64,000 nt of DNA from Acidobacteriota bacterium. Lineage in GTDB: Bacteria; Acidobacteriota; JAAYUB01. The position numbers were made by a program, and so were the translations under genes. Below, piece by piece: positions 1-8,733 of the stretch. Within the stretch, counting starts at the first letter, position 1, and each line of letters starts with the position of its first letter. The notes below the pieces were generated by a model. The model made no database searches. It saw nothing but the letters and a program-made list of their open reading frames with translations, and had not been told where the DNA came from. The stretch is taken from assembly GCA_016935015.1 (NCBI GenBank), contig JAFGRT010000022.1:118-64117 (forward strand), in the 5' to 3' direction.

Positions 1-182
1 CGGCCAGGATGTATTCTACTCCAATATTTGCGACATATCAAGTGTGACATGACACTAGTTACAAGTTTCGAGATTTTAGGGGGACATCCTTCGTATTCTG
101 TGGATTCCAGACAACAACTTACAAGCTTACAGTCAGCATTTGCCCTGTGCCTCACCTTGCGGGGGAAACCGGAGAAGAAAAC

Positions 183-1457
183 TCACAAATCCAAAGGCGA
201 ATCATCATACAGCTCAGCAGGCAAGCCGCTGGCGACACTAAACAGCACACGCTCCACGCGCCTGTACACTTTATCCCAACTGTAATGTTCAACTGTTAAT
301 CGTGCCTGCTCAGTAAGTGTTTTTGCCAAGGCAGGAGATTCTACTATCATTCGAATGGCCTCAGCCAGTTTTCGATCATCCCCACGCGGTGAGATCAAAC
401 CATCCTGCATGTGCGTGACTATTCCCGCTGGTCCCGGCGCATCACTGACGATAACAGGCACTCCTGCGGCCATGGCTTCAAGTACAACGATCCCGAACGG
501 CTCCGGCCATAGCGACGGCACGACACAGAGATCGGCACTGGAATATAATTCCGGCAAGGATTCCTGAGACATCCAAGGATGTGTGATCATCCACGATTCA
601 GATCCGGGCGCCCGATCATTACTGGTCACATGCAAACGGATGTTGGGGAAGTCGAGAATCAACCTGCTCACTGCTTTCTTGAGTACTTGGAATCCTTTGG
701 TTGGATCGGATTTCCGGCCAACCATAAGGATATTAAAATCGTCTCTATCTTTTTCCAGTTCAGGAGGGTGCTTAAGATTGGAAAAGGAAGAGATGTTTAT
801 CCCGCTGGGGATAATATATATTCTATTATTAAAAGGATGTATGCGCTTAGCAATAAATTGATTATAGCAGATGACCGCCTGTGCATTAGCAAGGGATTGG
901 ATAACTCCTCGCCTGTAAGATCGAGAGAAAGCCCTACTGATAAGGAACTCATGGATAAAGTGAAGCTGACGTTCATCTGCCATCCATCGACGGGCACAAG
1001 TACTGCAGAACCTCCATTCTGAAGAATCCTCAAGTAATAAATTACGATTACATTCACACCCATTGCGGAAAAATGTGCCATGTTGACGTAAACATAATCC
1101 TTCATAGGCATAATAACGGATTACATATGGTCGAAAACTGAAGCGGCGAATGATCTCAGATTTTATATACCACCCATCGGTAAAAAAAGTACAGTCCGGT
1201 TGAAATTTATCAATCAGCTGGTGTAATCGGCTGGAGAAGATCTCCGGTTGAAATGTGAGCAAATTGCTCGAAATCCGCTCGAAGGGAACACCGATATCCT
1301 CCACGCCTCTTCCCCTAGGGAAAAGCCGCTGAAACTCTGGAACGAAGAGACAAACATTATGATCGCGACTCAGTCGGGAGAGAATTTCTTTGACATCTGT
1401 GGCGGAACCACCATCTGGAGGCCACATGAATCTGAAATCAACGACCGCAACTCTCAT
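183..1457 (-). CDS. Glycosyltransferase, GT-B fold (GT1/GT4-like)
   Basis: 424-aa ORF. The C-terminal half has the GT1-type signature VVPSLWPEPFGIVVLEAMAAGVPVIVSD. An in-frame TAG 45 nt upstream of ATG 1457 excludes a longer form. Confidence 0.85.
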   Translation of the reverse strand: MRVAVVDFRFMWPPDGGSATDVKEILSRLSRDHNVCLFVPEFQRLFPRGRGVEDIGVPFERISSNLLTFQPEIFSSRLHQLIDKFQPDCTFFTDGWYIKSEIIRRFSFRPYVIRYYAYEGLCLRQHGTFFRNGCECNRNLLLEDSSEWRFCSTCARRWMADERQLHFIHEFLISRAFSRSYRRGVIQSLANAQAVICYNQFIAKRIHPFNNRIYIIPSGINISSFSNLKHPPELEKDRDDFNILMVGRKSDPTKGFQVLKKAVSRLILDFPNIRLHVTSNDRAPGSESWMITHPWMSQESLPELYSSADLCVVPSLWPEPFGIVVLEAMAAGVPVIVSDAPGPAGIVTHMQDGLISPRGDDRKLAEAIRMIVESPALAKTLTEQARLTVEHYSWDKVYRRVERVLFSVASGLPAELYDDSPLDL

Positions 1458-1611
1458 GAATAAAAAGCCCTGTTTATAATTAAAATTTCCAATATCCTCC
1501 TACGAAATTCAGTCTTTCGATCCATTGCCAACATACACATATGAAGCATTTTTTAAAGATTGCCATTTTCATTGACCGGATTTGGACTTTCTCATTATCA
1601 ATCCACGCTGC

Positions 1612-1623
1612 TCAGAATACTAT
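1612..1623. repeat. 12-nt direct repeat copy 1 (tcagaatactat)
   Basis: Exact 12-mer, repeated 68 nt downstream, inside the only long (322 nt) intergenic gap of the island. Confidence 0.6.
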
Positions 1624-1679
1624 TTCAGGTGGCCAGATGTTCGATACCCGCTAATTCCAGATCGGCATTGAGCAACCGG

Positions 1680-1691
1680 TCAGAATACTAT
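1680..1691. repeat. 12-nt direct repeat copy 2 (tcagaatactat)
   Basis: Exact second copy of the 12-mer at 1612-1623. Confidence 0.6.
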
Positions 1692-1779
1692 GCGCCGCTG
1701 GTGACTTACGACAAGGATATTTCATTTTGTGCATGATTAGTGATTATCGGTTGTTCAGATACTCTCATCACCATCCACT

Positions 1780-3033
1780 TCAAGACAGCGAACGACTCGT
1801 ATCCAATATTCTGCGGTATTGATCCACAGCTGCGGTAATCGACCAATCCCGATCCACATACGCCCGGGCTCTAAGCCCCATACTAGTCAAGTCCTCTGGT
1901 TTTGAAAGCAACTTTTCCATGCATTGGGCCAGGTCTTCAGGAGAACTCACAATATAACCTGTTTCTCCTTCGATTACATACTCCGTCGCTGCGCCTGTGG
2001 CCGTGGCGATTACCGGCCGACCGACAGCATAGTACTCGAAAATACGGGTCGGACATTTCGCCTGTTGAAAGGCCGAGGGGCTTTTCAAGATATAAAGTCC
2101 ACAATGGACTCCCGCCAGGTAATTCGGCATGTCTTTAGGAGCGACTGGCGACTTCACCGAGATCTGCGGCTGGTCGTGTATAGACCTAAGTATCTCCTTC
2201 ACCTGTTCGTTCAACTCTGTCTGTTTTGGATCCATGATAATCAGGCACTCCAGCCTATAGGGTTTGTCCGGCTGGCACTCCAGCATTCCGGCCGCATCAA
2301 CAACGAAAAGCAGATTCTCCAAAGCTTCCACAGAAAACACGCTGCCTGTCCAGGAGAAAACAAAAGGATATCCCACCGGAGCCGGTTGATATCGAAATAT
2401 ATTTTCGTCCGCAAATGTCGGGATCGTTTCCACTGCCGGAAACAAGGGTTCGAGTTTTTTGGCAAGGGGATTCGTCGACACGACAACCGAATCGACCATA
2501 GGACGAATCCACTTCAGGAAAATATCTGTTCTGATCGGTAAAAGATAATTCCAATCATTAAAAATCCAATCATCGACATCGACACAAATCCGCCCGCCGT
2601 CTGTAATCCGGTACAAAAGAGTCGCTAGAGTATGATAGTTCGGCCGCTGATCTACCACAACGACGAAGCGATGCCGGCACATATAATTCCAGGAACGGAT
2701 AACGGCAATCGCCAATTCTGTTTTCCACAGATTTCTGGGTCTGATCTGGTGCCAACCGAATACATGGTCCCAATGACAGAAAACCAAAGTGTTGGCTTTT
2801 CCAGAAGTCATGCGATTCAAAGCATCAGAAAAATGATAACACCGCACCCGAGATGGAGCTACAGCGACACCTTCATGGGAATAAAATAAGACACCGGCTT
2901 CGTGGGCAGGATTTCGTCGCTTCCTGTTCAGTACAGCCCTGGGCACACCTCGGGCCAGAAAATTGACCAACAACAACATCCAGGCCAAAAGTAAATCGAC
3001 TGGCAGAACAATGAGATAGAAATACCTTTGCAT
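1780..3033 (-). CDS. Glycosyltransferase, GT-B fold (GT1-like), N-terminal membrane anchor
   Basis: 417-aa ORF. It has a hydrophobic N-terminus (YFYLIVLPVDLLLAWMLLLVNFLA) and the C-terminal GT1-type region FEYYAVGRPVIATATGAATEYVIEGETGYIV. Confidence 0.7.
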   Translation of the reverse strand: MQRYFYLIVLPVDLLLAWMLLLVNFLARGVPRAVLNRKRRNPAHEAGVLFYSHEGVAVAPSRVRCYHFSDALNRMTSGKANTLVFCHWDHVFGWHQIRPRNLWKTELAIAVIRSWNYMCRHRFVVVVDQRPNYHTLATLLYRITDGGRICVDVDDWIFNDWNYLLPIRTDIFLKWIRPMVDSVVVSTNPLAKKLEPLFPAVETIPTFADENIFRYQPAPVGYPFVFSWTGSVFSVEALENLLFVVDAAGMLECQPDKPYRLECLIIMDPKQTELNEQVKEILRSIHDQPQISVKSPVAPKDMPNYLAGVHCGLYILKSPSAFQQAKCPTRIFEYYAVGRPVIATATGAATEYVIEGETGYIVSSPEDLAQCMEKLLSKPEDLTSMGLRARAYVDRDWSITAAVDQYRRILDTSRSLS

Positions 3034-3040
3034 ATCAGAC

Positions 3041-4135
3041 TCAAGGATCCATGACGGAACGGATGACCCGCTGTAGCCCTACGCCCAGATTTTCCCAGCA
3101 ATATCCTTGCAAAATCGTATCCCTGGCCGAGCGAGAAATCTCGGTCATCCTGGAGGGATTCCGAAGCAAGAATTCAACGATCTTCTGTCCCTCCTTGAGT
3201 GATTCGATAAGAAATCCGTTGATGCCATGCCGAATCACATGATCTGCTTCCGTTCCCCGGGTACAGATCGGAACGAGTCCGGCTGCCATATATTCAAACA
3301 ACTTGGTTGGACTCTTTGAAATTACCCACCGATTGTTCATGTGATATGTGAGAAAGCCAATTGTTGCCCTTGACAGTAGCTCAGGCACATCCTGGTGCGC
3401 AACATTCTCATGTACTTGTATTCGCTCTGCAGCTGGACTTTGATGAACTTGGGTCTTGATTTCTGACAGGTAGCGCCCCTTGAGAACCAAGCAGAGATTC
3501 ACGGTCTGATCTCGTGTGGCGATTTGCTCAAACATCCCGACAATATCCAGAATTGTATCAAATATCAAACGATCGATTACAACACCTAGCCAAACCAAGG
3601 TTTGGCTCCGATGGCAAATTTCCATTTTCGGACTAAACATAGCCGCGTCGACACCTGTCGGGATCAAGAATGTGTTAGAATTATGCATACTACACCAATC
3701 AGCCAAGGCATGACTTGAGGCCACAACTCCCGCCGCTCGGCGCAGGACATAACGTATCACGCGGTTCTGCCAAGCATCTTGGTCTTCTTCCAAGTACTCA
3801 AAATCATCAAAATCTATAAGATAGGGTATTCGGCGAAATTTGCTAATCATGACCGGAGCCAGAATATGGTAGTTGATCTTTTGGATGTAAAATAGATCAA
3901 CTTTTGCCGAAAACAGTTTAGGTAAAGCACGCAAATTCAAAAGGATTTTTTCTCCCCAACCCATCTCGCACAACTGGACTCCATGACGGCTGGCTTTCAG
4001 ATGATCACGATAGGACAACAATTCGGCTTCCATTCCTGATTTTTTCACTATTTCCGCAAAAGCATATCCCCGAACTCGGGCGGTAGGAAGTTGTTTGCCA
4101 TCCTGCGTGATAAAAAGTACTCGCATCGGGCTCAC
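3041..4135 (-). CDS. Glycosyltransferase, GT-B fold (GT1-like)
   Basis: 364-aa ORF. The C-terminal region KLFEYMAAGLVPICTRGTEADHVIRHGINGFLI resembles the GT1 nucleotide-sugar binding region. It overlaps the upstream radical SAM gene by 4 nt (ATGA). Confidence 0.7.
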   Translation of the reverse strand: MSPMRVLFITQDGKQLPTARVRGYAFAEIVKKSGMEAELLSYRDHLKASRHGVQLCEMGWGEKILLNLRALPKLFSAKVDLFYIQKINYHILAPVMISKFRRIPYLIDFDDFEYLEEDQDAWQNRVIRYVLRRAAGVVASSHALADWCSMHNSNTFLIPTGVDAAMFSPKMEICHRSQTLVWLGVVIDRLIFDTILDIVGMFEQIATRDQTVNLCLVLKGRYLSEIKTQVHQSPAAERIQVHENVAHQDVPELLSRATIGFLTYHMNNRWVISKSPTKLFEYMAAGLVPICTRGTEADHVIRHGINGFLIESLKEGQKIVEFLLRNPSRMTEISRSARDTILQGYCWENLGVGLQRVIRSVMDP

Positions 4136-5607
4136 ATTTTTCTAGACGCAAAAAAAAGCTGAAGCAAATAACGGGCGCTGCGCCAAGGATGTTTGACGCC
4201 GTCTTTCAAATATTGTCTGGACTTTGTCCAGAACCCATTTTTTAAAGAATGGGCGGTCCAGCGGCGATAGGCGATTTTCAATGCATTTGTCAGTTCATCA
4301 GCGCTAAGATTTGGGGTTGAGAAAACGGCACCACGGCTCCCGTCGTAATCACTCCAATCCAAGGAAATCAATGCGTTATCCCGCTTTAAACGTTCAAAGT
4401 ACTCACTACCCGGAAAAGGAGTTACGATAGAGTACTGAACGGAATCCGGATTCATATCCAGCGAGTGCTGAATACTCTGATTAATCGTCTCCCTCGTCTC
4501 GCCAGGTAATCCAAAACAGTATGTCAAGTGCACCTTGATCCCCAGCGTTTGGGTCAGCCGTATGGTCTTTTCCGCTTTCTCCAGATTCAAACCTTTTCCA
4601 GCGGCATCGATCAGCTTCTGTGAACTAGATTCAACACCATATTTCACAACCTGCAACCCGGCATCTTTCATCCTGCAGAGCATTCTCTCTGTCATGGTAT
4701 CCGCTCGGGCCATAATTGCCCAAGGAATGGAAAAACCACGTGAGATGAATTCATCACAAAGACGAATTATTCGCGCTTCTCCGATATTGAATGTGTCATC
4801 ATCAAAATATACGGATTTAAACTCATATCGCTGAAGGCAATACTCAATTTCATCTGCGATATTGCCCGGGGAACGAACGCGATACTTGTTGCCACCATAC
4901 ATAATCTGGGGCCAAGAACAGAAAGTACATTGAAAGGGACATCCTCGACTGGCTATGATCTGAAGACTGGGATTCGGAAGCCCTCCTGGAGAGTCGCAAT
5001 ATCGGTACATGGGAAGTTGGTGACGCGCGGGAAACGGAAGGTCATCCAGGTTTTCGATCAGCGGGCGACGCCCTGTTTCAATAATCTGGCCACTCATCTG
5101 GTCTCGAAGAATCAAACCTGGCACCTGTCCCGGCTTATTATTTTCTGACAGGGTTTGAACCAGTTCAAGCACAGTGAGTTCAAATTCCCCCAAAAAAACC
5201 ATGTCAAGAGCCGGATTTTCAGCAATAAAGTCCGGACGATACATGTCATGATGCGGACCTGCCAATGCAATTCGAGTTTCAGGCAATTTTTTTTTGATGG
5301 TTTGGCACAATTCCAGGTCCCAAATAATGGAGGGAGTTGAGGTTTCGAGGATGATGAGGTCGGGAGCATAATTTTCAATATGTACCAGGAAATCTGCAAC
5401 ACTTTCTCCTAAAGCGATCGAATCCACCAGTTTCACATCGATGGAATTCTGCTCGAGAAGAGCTGCTGTATACGCCAAAAAGAACGGGAACGGGATGTAC
5501 TTTGAATATGATTCTTCCGCATGCGGCCATCGGGATCCGGCCCGGACGCCGTAACCTCCATCTGATCGAAGATTCTGCCATGGTGGATTGGATAAGAGTA
5601 CTTTCAT
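4132..5607 (-). CDS. B12-binding-domain radical SAM enzyme (class B type)
   Basis: CxxxCxxC cluster motif in ASRGCPFQCTFCSWPQ, preceded by an N-terminal Rossmann-like cobalamin-domain-type region. I moved the start to ATG 5607 (GGAGAAAG about 7 nt upstream) rather than the ORF-track start at 5646. Confidence 0.8.
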   Translation of the reverse strand: MKVLLSNPPWQNLRSDGGYGVRAGSRWPHAEESYSKYIPFPFFLAYTAALLEQNSIDVKLVDSIALGESVADFLVHIENYAPDLIILETSTPSIIWDLELCQTIKKKLPETRIALAGPHHDMYRPDFIAENPALDMVFLGEFELTVLELVQTLSENNKPGQVPGLILRDQMSGQIIETGRRPLIENLDDLPFPARHQLPMYRYCDSPGGLPNPSLQIIASRGCPFQCTFCSWPQIMYGGNKYRVRSPGNIADEIEYCLQRYEFKSVYFDDDTFNIGEARIIRLCDEFISRGFSIPWAIMARADTMTERMLCRMKDAGLQVVKYGVESSSQKLIDAAGKGLNLEKAEKTIRLTQTLGIKVHLTYCFGLPGETRETINQSIQHSLDMNPDSVQYSIVTPFPGSEYFERLKRDNALISLDWSDYDGSRGAVFSTPNLSADELTNALKIAYRRWTAHSLKNGFWTKSRQYLKDGVKHPWRSARYLLQLFFASRKM

Positions 5608-5668
5608 AATATGCTTTCTCCAACGCCACGCTCGGATCGATTGCACGCTACGCTTCGACGTTCATGAC

Positions 5669-6583
5669 CTATTCCGGGTGGCCCGATTTCCCGTAACCCT
5701 GAGGATCAGGTGGTTTTCGGCCTTCTAGATCCAGAACAGCCCGGATACGTAAAGCGGCTATCCGGAAAGGTATCCACAAGGCACGGACATTGCCCAATCC
5801 CAGCGAAAAGAAAAAATGGGGGAAAATATCCGCCACTGCTTTGATCAAAAACGGCAAAAGGTAGGCCTTCCCATTAACCTGGTATGCCCTCGCCCCCCAG
5901 TAATACCAACGATATACAAGGCGGAAGAATGAATCACGATCATCACGCCGGTGATGAAAGACCTTGAGATCCGGATTGTAGATGATTCTGGTTCCTGCTG
6001 CTCTCAATCGGAATGCCAAGTCAAAATCCTCGCCATTCGTCAGGAATTCAGGATTATAGCCGCCAATCGCAACCAGGACATCCTTCCGGATCGCGCTGCA
6101 CAGACCGAACATAACAGGAGCATCTTCCTTTCTTCTGCAACCCATATCTTGGCTAAAAAATCGTTTACGAAACGCGTCATACTTATTCTGGACGTTTACC
6201 TCTATGCCTCGGCCGCATACAACTTCCGTTTGCTTGCGGGAAAATTCCTTCATTATCAACTCGATCAGGTCTTCCGCAGGCCATGCATCAACATCGAGAA
6301 ACATAATCACATCGCCCGAAACTGCATCAATCGCTCGATTCCGTGCATAGGCGAGTCCTCTGTTCTTTTCGTTTCGCATCAATCGCACTGGAAATTCAAC
6401 AGCGATTTCAAAACTGTAATCTGTGGACCCATCATCGATGAACAGAACTTCGTGTGGGTTACATCTCTGGCTGAAAGTTCGCTTGAGCGTTTCCCTGATA
6501 TATTCTGCACCATTATAACAAGGGATAACAATGGAGACAGATGGTGAGAAGGAATCAGAGCAATGGGCGGAGCATTTGTTCAT
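5669..6583 (-). CDS. Glycosyltransferase family 2
   Basis: VSIVIPCYNGAEYI...FIDDGSTD...FLDVDA (DxD) motifs. The start is uncertain (ATG 6583 or TTG 6613). Either choice overlaps the upstream SDR gene by 29-59 nt. Confidence 0.8.
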   Translation of the reverse strand: MNKCSAHCSDSFSPSVSIVIPCYNGAEYIRETLKRTFSQRCNPHEVLFIDDGSTDYSFEIAVEFPVRLMRNEKNRGLAYARNRAIDAVSGDVIMFLDVDAWPAEDLIELIMKEFSRKQTEVVCGRGIEVNVQNKYDAFRKRFFSQDMGCRRKEDAPVMFGLCSAIRKDVLVAIGGYNPEFLTNGEDFDLAFRLRAAGTRIIYNPDLKVFHHRRDDRDSFFRLVYRWYYWGARAYQVNGKAYLLPFLIKAVADIFPHFFFSLGLGNVRALWIPFRIAALRIRAVLDLEGRKPPDPQGYGKSGHPE

Positions 6584-7622
6584 TATCTCTAACCCAGCGG
6601 GCAATTTTCTCAATCGTCTCTTCCCGACTCAGAACAGGAGACCAACCCAAAGCAGCTGATATCCTTGAATTATCCGTAACGTAAAAGGGCACATCACCTG
6701 GCCGTGTCGAAGATTCCGACCCAAGCGGAATCTCGCAACCCATCTTCATCCTGCATAGCTCGGTCAGTTCCCTGAGGGATACGGAACGTTTGGGTCCACC
6801 CCCGATATTGAACACCTGGCCATTGACTTTATCGAAATGTGTCAGTTGCATGAGAACCAGAGCGCAGAAATCGTCAATATCAAGAAAATCTCGCACTTGC
6901 TTACCGGTCCCACCAAATCCAATATAGCACAGTGGCATTTGAAAATGATGTCGCATTACCCACAATGCCACAATCCCTTGGTCCACCTTCCCCATCTGCC
7001 ATGGTCCCGCGATTATTCCACACCGATTGATGACAGTCGGAACATGATAGGCGGCATGATACTCTTCAATAAAAAGTTCCGATGCATATTTTGCTGCACC
7101 GTAAAGGGACCGTGGACCGGAAATCGGAAATTCTTCACTAATCCCAAGTGGAGAGATCCCCGGAAGAGCCTGATCAGCACAAGGAGTGAATCGCTCATCT
7201 GTTTCAATCAGTTGAATCTCCAGAAGAGATGGAATGGGATATACTCTACTTGTTGAGATAAAAAGAAACGCAGCGCCAAATCGCCGGCACAATTCTAGAC
7301 AGTGGACAGCTCCAACAAAGTTTGTGTTTATCATATACAATGGTGCTTTGTACCCTGCCAAAATGGAAGGTTCGGCTGAACATTCGATCAACAGATCAAC
7401 ATCTAGCGAATCTAGATCCTCAGGGCACCGGACATCTCCGTGAATGAAAGGCACGTTCGCTTCCTGCAAACGACGGATGTTGAACTCACTCCCCCTTCTC
7501 TTCAGATTGTCTAGACATGTAATGCTGAGGTTAGGCAATTGACGTGACAGAAAAATTGCCAAATTTGCGCCAACAAACCCGACCCCACCTGTAATCAACA
7601 CTTTTCGGAAATCGATGGACAT
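6555..7622 (-). CDS. NAD-dependent epimerase/dehydratase, extended SDR (CDP-paratose/tyvelose 2-epimerase-like)
   Basis: VLITGGVGFVGANLA (GxxGxxG), SLYGAAK (YxxxK), DQGIVALW and GTGKQVRDF, which resemble recalled Salmonella tyvelose epimerase motifs. ATG 7622 shares one base with the upstream stop (TAATG). Confidence 0.85.
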   Translation of the reverse strand: MSIDFRKVLITGGVGFVGANLAIFLSRQLPNLSITCLDNLKRRGSEFNIRRLQEANVPFIHGDVRCPEDLDSLDVDLLIECSAEPSILAGYKAPLYMINTNFVGAVHCLELCRRFGAAFLFISTSRVYPIPSLLEIQLIETDERFTPCADQALPGISPLGISEEFPISGPRSLYGAAKYASELFIEEYHAAYHVPTVINRCGIIAGPWQMGKVDQGIVALWVMRHHFQMPLCYIGFGGTGKQVRDFLDIDDFCALVLMQLTHFDKVNGQVFNIGGGPKRSVSLRELTELCRMKMGCEIPLGSESSTRPGDVPFYVTDNSRISAALGWSPVLSREETIEKIARWVRDNEQMLRPLL

Positions 7623-8668
7623 TAGAAGTGCCCCTGCGAACAAATCTCTTCCAGAATCATTTCAATATCATATTTATATTTCCAACCGGGATAATGCTGC
7701 TGGAATTTCGTAACATCCGAGATATACCAAATGTGATCCCCAATACGGTTCGTTTCAGTATATTCATAGACAGCTGATTTTCCTGTTATTCGTTCGAGGG
7801 CTTGTATCGCTTCCAGCATGGAAATATTAGAATACCTTGATCCACCCATATTGTAAACTTCACCTTTTCTGGGTTTCTGATAGTAGTGATAGAATGAATT
7901 GACCAGATCATATGAATGGATATTATCCCGAACCTGTTTGCCCTTATATCCGTAAATCGTATATTTCCTTCCGGTAGCAACACATTTTGCCAGATATGCC
8001 AGGAATCCGTGTAGTTCCGCACCACTGTGATAGGGTCCTGTTAAACATCCGCCCCTAAAAGTAACGGTGTTAAGTTTGAAATATCTGCCATACTCCTGAA
8101 CCAAGATATCCGCCGCAACTTTACTGGCACCGAACAAGCTGTGTCTACTCTGGTCGATACTCATGGATTCATCGATGCCGATGTGGAATGGGTGAGCAGG
8201 ATCTAGCTCCCATCTCAATTCCTGTTCAACCAGAGGAAGCTCATTGGGGGCATCCCCATATACTTTATTAGTGGAGCAAAATATGAATGAAGCATCCGCT
8301 TGATAGCGACGGTATGCCTCAAGCAACACGAGAGTACCATTTGCGTTTATTGAAAAGTCAGTAAGAGGCTCCTTGGCCGCCCAGTCGTGAGAGGGTTGAG
8401 CCGCAGCGTGAATGATCATTTCAAAAGGATATCTCTGAAATGTCTCATTGATCTTTTCCTCATCACGGATATCAATATCTAGATGGTAGTATCCGTTAAA
8501 CTTATGCCGCAAATTATCGATCCTCCACTGGGTGCTTGCTTCGGTTCCAAAAAAATACTCTCTCATATTATTGTCAATTCCTACAACTTCGAAGCCCAAC
8601 TCGCAAAAAAACTCGGCAGCCTGTGAGCCAATCAGCCCACCTGATCCAGTAATTAAAATCACACTCAT
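7622..8668 (-). CDS. NAD-dependent epimerase/dehydratase-like extended SDR (tyvelose-epimerase-like paralogue, YxxxK read as FxxxK)
   Basis: [24 protein letters not shown] and [12 protein letters not shown] motifs. The expected catalytic YxxxK reads SLFGASK. Start taken at ATG 8668 (GGAG 7 nt upstream), not GTG 8683. Confidence 0.8.
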   Translation of the reverse strand: MSVILITGSGGLIGSQAAEFFCELGFEVVGIDNNMREYFFGTEASTQWRIDNLRHKFNGYYHLDIDIRDEEKINETFQRYPFEMIIHAAAQPSHDWAAKEPLTDFSINANGTLVLLEAYRRYQADASFIFCSTNKVYGDAPNELPLVEQELRWELDPAHPFHIGIDESMSIDQSRHSLFGASKVAADILVQEYGRYFKLNTVTFRGGCLTGPYHSGAELHGFLAYLAKCVATGRKYTIYGYKGKQVRDNIHSYDLVNSFYHYYQKPRKGEVYNMGGSRYSNISMLEAIQALERITGKSAVYEYTETNRIGDHIWYISDVTKFQQHYPGWKYKYDIEMILEEICSQGHF

Positions 8669-8733
8669 TTTTTTACTCCACACCTATTTTTCATAGATTA
8701 CCAGATTGCCATAATTCGAAAAAGAATATTATC

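Larger units (their letters stand above)
1..8733 (-). other. Low-GC glycan-biosynthesis gene island (left end cut by window edge)
   Basis: Seven co-directional glycan genes with 1-4 nt stop/start overlaps. Sampled 60-nt lines hand-count to about 37-50% G+C, versus about 60-67% right of about 8760. Confidence 0.6.

Noticed and set aside
1-285. 85-aa plus-strand ORF 28-285, and a possible minus-strand gene start at about position 50 (MSHLICRKYWSRIHPG...) running off the left edge
   Set aside because: The plus-strand ORF overlaps the end of the glycosyltransferase and has no motif or ribosome-binding site. The minus-strand fragment is only about 16 codons, too short to judge.
1480-1734. Two small Cys-containing minus-strand ORFs in the island gap: 1480-1572 (MKMAIFKKCFICVCWQWIERLNFVGGYWKF) and 1651-1734 (MHKMKYPCRKSPAAHSILTGCSMPIWN). 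I considered them as possible radical-SAM-modified peptides.
   Set aside because: Neither has a Shine-Dalgarno sequence, and neither is adjacent to the radical SAM gene. Short ORFs of this size are expected by chance in AT-rich sequence. They are only worth revisiting if they prove conserved in related islands.
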